DNA of 35,769 nucleotides from a virus (lineage: Duplodnaviria; Caudoviricetes): positions 1 through 35,769 of IMG/VR virus record IMGVR_UViG_3300030095_000366; one strand, 5' to 3'. The position numbers were made by a program, and so were the translations under genes. Position 1 is the first letter of the stretch; each line of letters starts with the position of its first letter. Below are positions 1 to 7,221 of the stretch, piece by piece. The notes under the pieces were generated by a model. The model worked only from the letters and a program-made list of their open reading frames with translations, was not told where the DNA came from and made no database searches.

Positions 1-25
1 CAAAACTAGCAAAGGAGAATACACC

Positions 26-145
26 ATGACTAAGCAAATCTCAAAAACACCTTATGAAGACACAATAGAAGAAAACCTATTAGCTTTACTTGAAAAGCTT
101 TGGAAAGAATACCATATCAACAAAACATCTAAGAAGGATCAATAA
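26..145 (+). CDS. Small hypothetical early protein (39 aa, MTKQISKTPYED...)
   Basis: Read by hand: AAGGAG RBS upstream, ATG 26, TAA 143-145, abuts next ATG at 147; not in ORF track. Confidence 0.65.
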   Translation: MTKQISKTPYEDTIEENLLALLEKLWKEYHINKTSKKDQ

Positions 146-146
146 A

Positions 147-965
147 ATGAACGTCAACGGTTTTACATCAAAAGCACAAGCGATACGTTATCTTAAAAGC
201 AAAGGCCACAATGTTTGCACGTTACTGGCACAACCAGAAGCGAACCCAAAAGTAGCAAAGAACGGCAAAGAAGTAGACGTGAATACTTATCCATTACACT
301 TAGCACCTTATAACCTATCCGGCTTTAATGTTTGCGCTATGGCTAGCAAAGGTTGCATTATGGCTTGTTTACATACTGCTGGCAATCCGGCTTACATGGA
401 CCAGAAAAACACCAGTCGTATTACTAAAACGCAAGCCTATTTCAAAGAGCGTAAGGCTTTCCTTGCCGTTCTATTCTTTGAGATGCTTTCCAAGTATAAC
501 AAGGCAAAGCGTAACGGCGAAGAAATAGCTTTCCGTTTAAATGCTACAAGTGACCTACCAGTAGAACGGTTAAAAGTTACAATAGGGAAACATACCATTA
601 CGCTTATGGACTACTTTAGTGACGTGCAATTCTATGACTACACTGCTATAACTAAACGTGCTATTGCTTGGGCAAGTGGTAAAATGCCAAGTAATTACCA
701 TTTAACCTTTAGTCGTAAAGAAGACAACGACGAGGCTGTCTTTGAAGTGTTAAAGAATGGCGGCAACGTTGCGGCTGTAGCTAGTAAAGTCGTATACGAC
801 ACTGCATTAGCTATGCAATATATCCCACTATTTAAAACGACTTGGAAAGTAACGGACGGCGACAAGCACGACTACAGGCCAGTTGATCCAGTAGGGTGCA
901 TTGTATTGCTTAAAGAAAAAGGCGATGCAAAGTATGATAATACTGGTTTTGTTATCCGTAAGTGA
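147..965 (+). CDS. Gp88-like phage protein (Cys-motif, radical-SAM-like fold suspected)
   Basis: Motifs LHLAP..NVC-x6-C-x3-CL, RLNATSD, FYDYT, NYHLTFS, DGDKHDYR; start moved to ATG 147 (AAGGA upstream). Confidence 0.7.
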   Translation: MNVNGFTSKAQAIRYLKSKGHNVCTLLAQPEANPKVAKNGKEVDVNTYPLHLAPYNLSGFNVCAMASKGCIMACLHTAGNPAYMDQKNTSRITKTQAYFKERKAFLAVLFFEMLSKYNKAKRNGEEIAFRLNATSDLPVERLKVTIGKHTITLMDYFSDVQFYDYTAITKRAIAWASGKMPSNYHLTFSRKEDNDEAVFEVLKNGGNVAAVASKVVYDTALAMQYIPLFKTTWKVTDGDKHDYRPVDPVGCIVLLKEKGDAKYDNTGFVIRK

Positions 966-966
966 G

Positions 967-1022
967 AATATTTTTAGGGTGGCATTACTTGTTAATCTTT
1001 GTAGTGCCACCATATGAATATT
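967..1022 (+). promoter_or_regulatory. Intergenic stem-loop 1 (RNase III-site-like)
   Basis: GGTGGCATTAC (978-988) pairs with GTAGTGCCACC (1001-1011); outer AATATT/AATATT; 5x5 internal loop. Confidence 0.6.
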
Positions 1023-1055
1023 AACTTTAACACTAAACAAAAAAGGACAAATAAA

Positions 1056-1400
1056 ATGTATACACTAGATAAATGGACTAGACCAGAATATTACGCTGGC
1101 GACAATCACTTTAACTCTTACGCCTTTTTAGGCAGAAATAGAGACAGTGATGTCCTTGATGAAAGCAATTTTCATGTTGCGCTTGCTAGGCTAGGCGGTG
1201 AAAGCGAAACCGTGCAAGTGATCCGTGAGAGAAACTGGGCCTGCGGATGGATTGAGTGGATAAAAATTTATGCAAGTGATACCGTATCAATTAACAAAGC
1301 TAAAATAATGATTGATGAATTGAACGCTTACCCCTGCTTATGTGAGGATGATTTATCAGAGCGTGAATATTTTTTAGAATGTGACGCAAACAAAACATAA
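1056..1400 (+). CDS. Hypothetical early phage protein (WACGWIE motif)
   Basis: AAGGA RBS before ATG 1056; upstream ATG 1014 lies inside hairpin 1. Confidence 0.75.
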   Translation: MYTLDKWTRPEYYAGDNHFNSYAFLGRNRDSDVLDESNFHVALARLGGESETVQVIRERNWACGWIEWIKIYASDTVSINKAKIMIDELNAYPCLCEDDLSEREYFLECDANKT

Positions 1401-1413
1401 CTTGTCGCAAATG

Positions 1414-1453
1414 GTGGTTCAAGTATAGTTTTAATTTGCTATACTTGGACTAT
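1414..1453 (+). promoter_or_regulatory. Intergenic stem-loop 2
   Basis: GTGGTTCAAGTATAG pairs with CTATACTTGGACTAT (15 bp incl. G-U), 10-nt loop. Confidence 0.6.
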
Positions 1454-1490
1454 AGAGAGAAACCAAACATGTATATAAGGAGACACAATC

Positions 1491-1730
1491 ATGTTTATAT
1501 TATTCGCAACTAAGCCCCTCAATGATGGTACTAATGGCTTTCGTTTTAACTTTGCAGGGATCAAAGGGTTGACCCGTAAGCGTAAGCCTAACCGCAAAGA
1601 TAGTAGTCGTGGCTATAAGGTAGTTACTGGTGATTGTATGACACAACTACACTTAGGCAGACGTAGCGTCTACATTGAACGCAAGCCTAACCGTCAAACC
1701 AAGCGTAAGCTTTGCCACTTTGCAGGGTAA
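1491..1730 (+). CDS. Basic hypothetical early protein
   Basis: TAAGGAG RBS, 79 aa, K/R rich. Confidence 0.8.
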   Translation: MFILFATKPLNDGTNGFRFNFAGIKGLTRKRKPNRKDSSRGYKVVTGDCMTQLHLGRRSVYIERKPNRQTKRKLCHFAG

Positions 1731-1738
1731 GCGTTAAG

Positions 1739-1791
1739 ACTTACTTTTACCCTAGCATTGTTTGAGGTGCAATGCTAGGATGATGGTAAGT
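1739..1791 (+). promoter_or_regulatory. Intergenic stem-loop 3 (RNase III-site-like)
   Basis: CCTAGCATTG (1751-1760)/CAATGCTAGG (1770-1779) perfect 10 bp; outer ACTTAC/GTAAGT; 6x6 internal loop. Confidence 0.6.
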
Positions 1792-1826
1792 AATAAATGC
1801 AACACACAAAACAGGAGACTAATCCA

Positions 1827-2042
1827 ATGCAAATAACTAATGAACAATTCCTAGAACTATCAGCAGATATTACAGGTGCATGGCTAGAAGATGCATACGC
1901 CAGAGGTGATGCTGACTTTGACGATATTTGGCTAAAAGACGAAAACGGTGATGAGTGTTACACTGAGGTTGCACAAAATAGATTTAATGATATACTTGAT
2001 ACTGTACAAGATATGATGCTTGATTATGTGGAGGTACTATAA
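1827..2042 (+). CDS. Small highly acidic early protein
   Basis: AGGAG RBS at 1813-1817, ATG 1827; 71 aa with about 19 D/E versus 3 K/R. Confidence 0.75.
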   Translation: MQITNEQFLELSADITGAWLEDAYARGDADFDDIWLKDENGDECYTEVAQNRFNDILDTVQDMMLDYVEVL

Positions 2043-2213
2043 ATGGTACTTGATGAACAGCAAAAATTAGACATAATACGTGAAGCAATGCAACGCATTG
2101 AGGATGCACTACGCAAGTCAGTAGAAAAAGGTAACGACATGGACTTGCCTATTGCTTTGGCTATGTGTGAATTAATTAACCCTAACAAGATGAAAACTGA
2201 GGAGGTAGCGTAA
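2043..2213 (+). CDS. Hypothetical protein (56 aa, MVLDEQQKLD...)
   Basis: Read by hand; GGAGGT RBS; fills gap exactly; not in ORF track. Confidence 0.75.
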   Translation: MVLDEQQKLDIIREAMQRIEDALRKSVEKGNDMDLPIALAMCELINPNKMKTEEVA

Positions 2214-2214
2214 C

Positions 2215-2559
2215 ATGACAAAACTACAGCTAAACAATAAAGAATACGCAGACATTCCTGATAGGCAATTGATTGAAGCGCTAGGTATTCTACCGATATG
2301 GGTTAAAGAGTGGGTTATATTTGGCAAGGGTATGGACATTATAAAGTATATGACTGACGCCTACGGCTTTGGTAGCTTGTACAGGTTTGGAGGTGAGGTA
2401 TTAGATGATGGCTCCTATCGTGGCAGCTATGATGAAGACCCTGACATGCCTTATGTAGGCAAGATGGATACACCCAATGGCACAGCTTATTTCTATAAGG
2501 CAGCTATACTTGCCTTACCTATGCCTGACGGTAAGCACTACATAACAAGGATGGACTGA
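2215..2559 (+). CDS. Hypothetical phage protein
   Basis: GGAGGT RBS, 114 aa ORF in operon. Confidence 0.8.
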   Translation: MTKLQLNNKEYADIPDRQLIEALGILPIWVKEWVIFGKGMDIIKYMTDAYGFGSLYRFGGEVLDDGSYRGSYDEDPDMPYVGKMDTPNGTAYFYKAAILALPMPDGKHYITRMD

Positions 2560-2708
2560 TGAGTGTATGCGGTGAGATTGAGATTGCAGAGCACGAGATA
2601 CGCCAAGCACAAGAAAAGATACGTGCTCTGCAGGATGAACTAGACAAACAAGCAGAGATTATTCGCTTGGCTTATGAGCGAAAGACAATGCTAGAGGAGG
2701 TTAAATAG
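2559..2708 (+). CDS. Small coiled-coil protein (49 aa, MSVCGEIEIAE...)
   Basis: Read by hand; TGATG overlap with previous stop; TAG 2706-2708. Confidence 0.7.
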   Translation: MSVCGEIEIAEHEIRQAQEKIRALQDELDKQAEIIRLAYERKTMLEEVK

Positions 2709-2709
2709 T

Positions 2710-2880
2710 ATGGCATTTCTAATGTTGATCCCGGCGATAGCTTATTTACTGCTACTATTTAGTGTAGCATTTATGGCTACCATCGGGATAGACATTAGAG
2801 AGATAGACACAATAGGTATCTGGATAATCTGGATACAAATAATACTTTTTATTTATGTAATGAGGAGACTAAAAAAATGA
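2710..2880 (+). CDS. Small membrane protein, two hydrophobic segments (56 aa)
   Basis: Read by hand; GGAGGT RBS; MAFLMLIPAIAYLLLLFSVAF...IWIIWIQIILFIYVMRRLKK; ATGA overlap with next gene. Confidence 0.7.
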   Translation: MAFLMLIPAIAYLLLLFSVAFMATIGIDIREIDTIGIWIIWIQIILFIYVMRRLKK

Positions 2881-3131
2881 CCAAAGAAACAAAAGCAATA
2901 TCAGATTGGCAGAAAGAACGTGATGAAGCTAACCGTATTAAGAATGAGAACGCTAAGGCATTATCTGAAGAGCAGCGTTGTGCAATAAAATTTGCGTGGA
3001 AAACTATACAGAACACTGAGTTTAGTATGCGTGAGATGTTCGATATAACTATAGAAGACTGTAGGGCTATTGATAAAGCTGAGTGGAAGATGCGCTCTGC
3101 TTTTCCTGACCTGACAGCAGGGGATGAATAA
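2877..3131 (+). CDS. Hypothetical protein
   Basis: AGGAG RBS, 84 aa. Confidence 0.8.
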   Translation: MTKETKAISDWQKERDEANRIKNENAKALSEEQRCAIKFAWKTIQNTEFSMREMFDITIEDCRAIDKAEWKMRSAFPDLTAGDE

Positions 3132-3254
3132 GTGCAACCGGGAACACAGGTAATCATACCGTTCTTATTAGCCTACGTGCTAGGCTTCATATACTACATA
3201 GTAAAAGGCTTTCGTGATGCAAAGGTACGCAATAAAGATACTGATAGCAATTAG
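3132..3254 (+). CDS. Small single-TM protein (40 aa)
   Basis: Read by hand; GTG directly after previous stop; VIIPFLLAYVLGFIYYIV hydrophobic stretch. Confidence 0.5.
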   Translation: MQPGTQVIIPFLLAYVLGFIYYIVKGFRDAKVRNKDTDSN

Positions 3255-3426
3255 CGTACTGATAAACGTAGTACTGGGTGGCAGCAATAATCAAACGCTG
3301 TCAGCTAGGAACTACGAGTGGAAGCGCAAAGGTAAACTTAACATAGTGTTTCTGATTGATGCACTGATAGGTAAGGAGCACTGCAGAATATGTTGGACTG
3401 CATGGAAAAGAAGAAGAAGTTGGTAA
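3214..3426 (+). CDS. Hypothetical protein with N-terminal hydrophobic segment
   Basis: ORF track; NVVLGG..QTLSAR..HC pattern seen in small phage proteins. Confidence 0.65.
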   Translation: MMQRYAIKILIAISVLINVVLGGSNNQTLSARNYEWKRKGKLNIVFLIDALIGKEHCRICWTAWKRRRSW

Positions 3427-4310
3427 AGCCTAAGAACGTCAGGGAGCTAGTCGTAGAGTATTTGGGATCAAATGCTTTCCGCAAACTAGGCTTTGCTTCA
3501 CAGCGTGACTACCACGATTGTCTAATGGTTATCAATGATGATGTAGGCTCTATCAGTCTCAAAAGATTGAGTGTGCCTATGATGCAGCGTTGCTATGATG
3601 TGTGGCTCAAGCGTGGCGTATCTAGAGCTAACAAGATAGCTGCGATTATGTCTATACTTTTAAACTGGGGTATCAAGAATGAGATACCAGTGTTTAACCC
3701 TATGCGATACCTAGACAAGACACCCAACCCAAAGCGTAAGATTACATGGGAGCCAGAGCAAGTAAGCCATTTCTTAACTACAGCATACAGCCATTGGAAG
3801 TGGCGTAGCATTGGCTTGATAGTACAGATGGCTTACGAGTGGGGCCAACGTGTAGGTGATATGCGTATGCTTACTTGGGCAGCTATAGACTTTGACAAGA
3901 AGCGGTGTGACCTAACACAAAGCAAGAGAGGTGAAGCGGTACATCTACCTATCAGTGATGCATTGCTGCATGTGCTCAAGCAACAGCACGACACCTTTGA
4001 CTTTCAAGTATTAGTGGCTCCACAGATGCAGCCCAGTGATGGTGCATACAAGCCCTACAGTAAAGAGATACTACACGTATACGTCAATACTATACTAGAT
4101 GCAGCAGGACTACCCGGCTACCTGACAGCTATGGATATGCGCCGTACTGCTATCACTGAGATGGTTGAGGCTGGTGTAGATATAACACAGATCAAGCAGG
4201 TGTCTGGTCACACTAACATCAACAGCCTGACACCATACATCAAGCATACCTACACTGGTGCATCAGAAGCACTAGCCCAGCGCAGTGCATTTAAACAGGA
4301 TAAAGAGTGA
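3390..4310 (+). CDS. int: Tyrosine recombinase / integrase
   Basis: GQRVGDM (Arg I), QSK (Lys), MDMRRT (HxxR box, His replaced), SGH and C-terminal Tyr (LTPY). Confidence 0.88.
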   Translation: MLDCMEKKKKLVKPKNVRELVVEYLGSNAFRKLGFASQRDYHDCLMVINDDVGSISLKRLSVPMMQRCYDVWLKRGVSRANKIAAIMSILLNWGIKNEIPVFNPMRYLDKTPNPKRKITWEPEQVSHFLTTAYSHWKWRSIGLIVQMAYEWGQRVGDMRMLTWAAIDFDKKRCDLTQSKRGEAVHLPISDALLHVLKQQHDTFDFQVLVAPQMQPSDGAYKPYSKEILHVYVNTILDAAGLPGYLTAMDMRRTAITEMVEAGVDITQIKQVSGHTNINSLTPYIKHTYTGASEALAQRSAFKQDKE

Positions 4311-4750
4311 TGCAGTATCAGTTATTTAATGACCTATACAGTATTGACAAAACTAAAGGTACAAGAGTTTGTGTGAAATGTAATATAGAAAAACCATTAA
4401 GGTCTTTTTCTTTCAGAGAGCCAAAGGTGGGTAAATCCTATAGAAGTGAATGTAAAAAATGCAGTGGCCTTAAAAACACATTAAGGGATAATTTATCTAA
4501 AGAACATCCAAGACCAAAGGGGCTGAACTATTCTTGCCCTATCTGCAAAAAATATGAGGTGGAGTTAAAGTCAAATGATAGGTGGAGTGATAGGTCTGTT
4601 TGGGTTTTAGATCACCATCACGATACGAAAGCCTTTAGAGGTTGGTTATGTAATAATTGCAACATAGGACTGGGAAAATTTTATGACAATATTGAACATC
4701 TTGAAAGTGCCATAGACTACCTAAGAAAAGTTACACAAGCAAAAGGATAA
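4307..4750 (+). CDS. Recombination endonuclease VII-type HNH nuclease
   Basis: N-terminal CxxC..CxxC, CPIC, LDHHHDT..RGWLCNNCNIGLG. Confidence 0.85.
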   Translation: MMQYQLFNDLYSIDKTKGTRVCVKCNIEKPLRSFSFREPKVGKSYRSECKKCSGLKNTLRDNLSKEHPRPKGLNYSCPICKKYEVELKSNDRWSDRSVWVLDHHHDTKAFRGWLCNNCNIGLGKFYDNIEHLESAIDYLRKVTQAKG

Positions 4751-4756
4751 AGAATA

Positions 4757-5668
4757 ATGCTTATTGATATGGACAAGCTAGACATAGCTGAAGGTGCTAA
4801 CATCAGGAGCGACTGCCCTAGATGTGGCGGTAAGAATACCTTCACTGCTACCAAGCGTGACGGTAAGATAATCTACAACTGCTACAAGCTATCGTGTGAT
4901 GCTAAAGGTAAAGTCAACTACGGCATGACTGCAGAAGAGATGAGCAGCTACTTCATTAAGCCTCTTATAGAAACTGGTAATCTTAACAAGAGGATGGAAC
5001 CTTTTGTTTATCCAGAACATATAGTAGTACCCGGAAATACATGGTACAACAAGAGGTACACCAGATATATAAACAGATTTCGTATGAGGTGGCAGGGTAT
5101 CTATGCAGAAACTTTACAAAACATAGAATTACTGTGCGATGTTAAAGATAAACGTGCAGTCTTTCCTATCTATCAGGATGGGGTGCTCGTAGATGCAATA
5201 GGCCGGGAACTAGATGGCGCTACACCTAAATGGCTGCGCTATGGTAAGGCTGCTGAGTACGCTAGGTATTGTTACGGTCAGCCTAATGGTGTGTTCATAC
5301 TGGTGGAGGATGTTATTAGCGCTATCACTGTAGCTAAAGTGTGGCCCGGTGTTACTGGTTTTGCACTATTAGGCACTAACTTAACTGATGCACACAAAGA
5401 GTGCTTGAGTGATGATGCTAGGTATGTTATCGTTGCGCTTGACCCTGATGCTATGCGTAAGACTTTGGTTATGCGTAAAGAGATAGAGGCTTGGTGTGAC
5501 ATACCTACTAGAGCTATCAGGTTACGTGATGATATTAAGTATCAGGATGATGAGGATATAAACTTCTTGGGGAGGTGGATCAATGAAGCAAAGAGACACG
5601 GCAAACAAGAGCAACCCAATGGCGAAGGATTTACGACAACCCAAGTACAAACCACAGGTGATACCTGA
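4757..5668 (+). CDS. DNA primase (Zn finger + TOPRIM)
   Basis: CPRC..NCYKLSC zinc finger; LVEDVISA and LDPDA TOPRIM motifs. Confidence 0.88.
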   Translation: MLIDMDKLDIAEGANIRSDCPRCGGKNTFTATKRDGKIIYNCYKLSCDAKGKVNYGMTAEEMSSYFIKPLIETGNLNKRMEPFVYPEHIVVPGNTWYNKRYTRYINRFRMRWQGIYAETLQNIELLCDVKDKRAVFPIYQDGVLVDAIGRELDGATPKWLRYGKAAEYARYCYGQPNGVFILVEDVISAITVAKVWPGVTGFALLGTNLTDAHKECLSDDARYVIVALDPDAMRKTLVMRKEIEAWCDIPTRAIRLRDDIKYQDDEDINFLGRWINEAKRHGKQEQPNGEGFTTTQVQTTGDT

Positions 5669-5729
5669 TAAGAAGAAACCTAAACCAGTACGCAAAGAGA
5701 AACATAAAGGAGATAGATATGTTAGTTAG
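5583..5729 (+). CDS. Small basic protein, ArfA-like pattern (48 aa)
   Basis: Read by hand: GGAGGT RBS, ATG 5583, MKQRDTANKSNPMAKDLRQPKYKPQVIPDKKKPKPVRKEKHKGDRYVS, TAG 5727-5729; not in ORF track. Confidence 0.6.
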   Translation: MKQRDTANKSNPMAKDLRQPKYKPQVIPDKKKPKPVRKEKHKGDRYVS

Positions 5730-6285
5730 CCCTAGTATAATAGCTTATTTTGGTGAAGATGTTTGTACTAAGTGCGGTGTAGAGTTAAATGATAACAACT
5801 GGCAGAAATCTTGGAGGGATGTAGATAGAAAGGAGTGTTCTTCATGTAAGCAAATACACAATACATCAAGTAATCGAAACAGGATGTTTGTAGATGGAAA
5901 GTACGTCCCTCCAAACCATCCTTTACACAAGCCCGGAAGATATACATCATTTGGTGAGGCTGCTTTTACTGCATTACAAAAAGATGAGCGTGTGAAAGAA
6001 GGGTATGTATACGCAATCAGCAACCCAGCTTGGCCTGAGTGGATCAAGATTGGCATGGCTATCGATGCAGAAGACAGGTGTAACGACTATCAAACTAGTT
6101 CACCTATGCGTGACTACAAGCTAATACACTCTATCTCTACACAGAACAGAGGTAGGTTAGAACGGATAGCTCACAAGGCTGCTGCCAAGTGTGGCGAGAG
6201 GCAAAACGAGTGGTTTAAAATAACAGGCGAACAAGCTATAGTAATCCTAGAAAGTATAAAGGAGGGTACAGATGGACATTCGTGA
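5719..6285 (+). CDS. T5orf172/MUG113 GIY-YIG-family nuclease with N-terminal Zn ribbon
   Basis: GYVYAISNPAWPEWIKIG..R...YQTSSP..E...H...EWF. Confidence 0.82.
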   Translation: MLVSPSIIAYFGEDVCTKCGVELNDNNWQKSWRDVDRKECSSCKQIHNTSSNRNRMFVDGKYVPPNHPLHKPGRYTSFGEAAFTALQKDERVKEGYVYAISNPAWPEWIKIGMAIDAEDRCNDYQTSSPMRDYKLIHSISTQNRGRLERIAHKAAAKCGERQNEWFKITGEQAIVILESIKEGTDGHS

Positions 6286-6523
6286 GAAGCAACTCACTAA
6301 AGAAATATATCGCATGATAGGCTCACTGAAGAAGGTGTTCAGTGATAAGGGTAAGCGTAAGCAGCTAGAAGAGGAGGTTGCTTACAAGCAAAAGGAACTA
6401 CAAGATCACATGGGTGTGAAGACCTTTATCAGACCCATGAATAATATGGAACGTAAAGCAGCTAAAGAGAGGCGCAAGAAGAACAGTAAGTGGGACGGTG
6501 ATGGAGGTGAGATGTATGAGTAG
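6272..6523 (+). CDS. Hypothetical basic protein
   Basis: GGAGG RBS, 83 aa. Confidence 0.75.
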   Translation: MDIREKQLTKEIYRMIGSLKKVFSDKGKRKQLEEEVAYKQKELQDHMGVKTFIRPMNNMERKAAKERRKKNSKWDGDGGEMYE

Positions 6524-6653
6524 TGAAGAACAGTATCATATTAAAGGGTGGTTCCCTGCTTTCCTAGTCTGTACGTTTATGATACTGGGAGTACCCGTAT
6601 TAATAAATCTTTTCTTCTGGCCTGACATTGGAGTATGGAGTATGTTAAGATGA
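6516..6653 (+). CDS. Small single-TM protein (45 aa)
   Basis: Read by hand; GGAGGT RBS; WFPAFLVCTFMILGVPVLINLFFW. Confidence 0.65.
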   Translation: MSSEEQYHIKGWFPAFLVCTFMILGVPVLINLFFWPDIGVWSMLR

Positions 6654-6751
6654 ATAATAACTTTTACATAAACGAACTAACAAAGAGAGTAGAGAGCCTT
6701 GAGAAAATACTTAAAGTATTAGAGAAAATCTTATTAGGAGATGGTAAGTGA
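6650..6751 (+). CDS. Very small coiled-coil protein (33 aa)
   Basis: Read by hand; ATGA and GTGA overlaps on both sides; GGAG RBS. Confidence 0.55.
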   Translation: MNNNFYINELTKRVESLEKILKVLEKILLGDGK

Positions 6752-7221
6752 TTGAAGTAATAGTTACATCAGATATGTTACAATCTGCTAAAGTAAAAGC
6801 AGAAGAAATGGGAACCCTCAACAATTCTATAACTAAAGGAAAGGGGAATCTTGCAGGTTTTTTAGGAGAACAAATAGCTTTAAATGTTATGGGTGGTGCT
6901 TGGAAAAATACGTATGAGTATGACTTGATTACAGACAAAGGCATAAGAGTAGATGTTAAAACAAAACAAACAACTGTTCAGCCACGCCACTATTATGAAT
7001 GTTCTGTTGCAGATTATAATACAGGACAACAGTGTGATGTGTATGCATTTGTTCGTGTAAAAAATAGTTTTGATTGTGGTTGGTTCTTAGGTTATATGCC
7101 AAAAGATGAATACTATGAACGTGCTACACACTTTAATAAAGGAGACTTTGATCCGTCAAATAACTATACATTCAAAGCGTCCTGTTATAATTTACCTATC
7201 AATGAATTGAAGGAGTGGTGA
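6748..7221 (+). CDS. PD-(D/E)XK restriction-endonuclease-like protein
   Basis: GFLGEQ..YD-L..VDVKT catalytic pattern; AGGAG RBS before GTG. Confidence 0.65.
   Translation: MIEVIVTSDMLQSAKVKAEEMGTLNNSITKGKGNLAGFLGEQIALNVMGGAWKNTYEYDLITDKGIRVDVKTKQTTVQPRHYYECSVADYNTGQQCDVYAFVRVKNSFDCGWFLGYMPKDEYYERATHFNKGDFDPSNNYTFKASCYNLPINELKEW

Noticed and set aside
90-146. Extended starts in the track (90, 1014, 1797, 13472, 15944, 20761, 22925, 34543)
   Set aside because: Downstream starts have better RBS or coupling and avoid overlaps
1402-1429. TTGTCG-16-TATAGT possible promoter
   Set aside because: Weak -35, short spacer, and -10 lies in the arm of hairpin 2; cannot be supported
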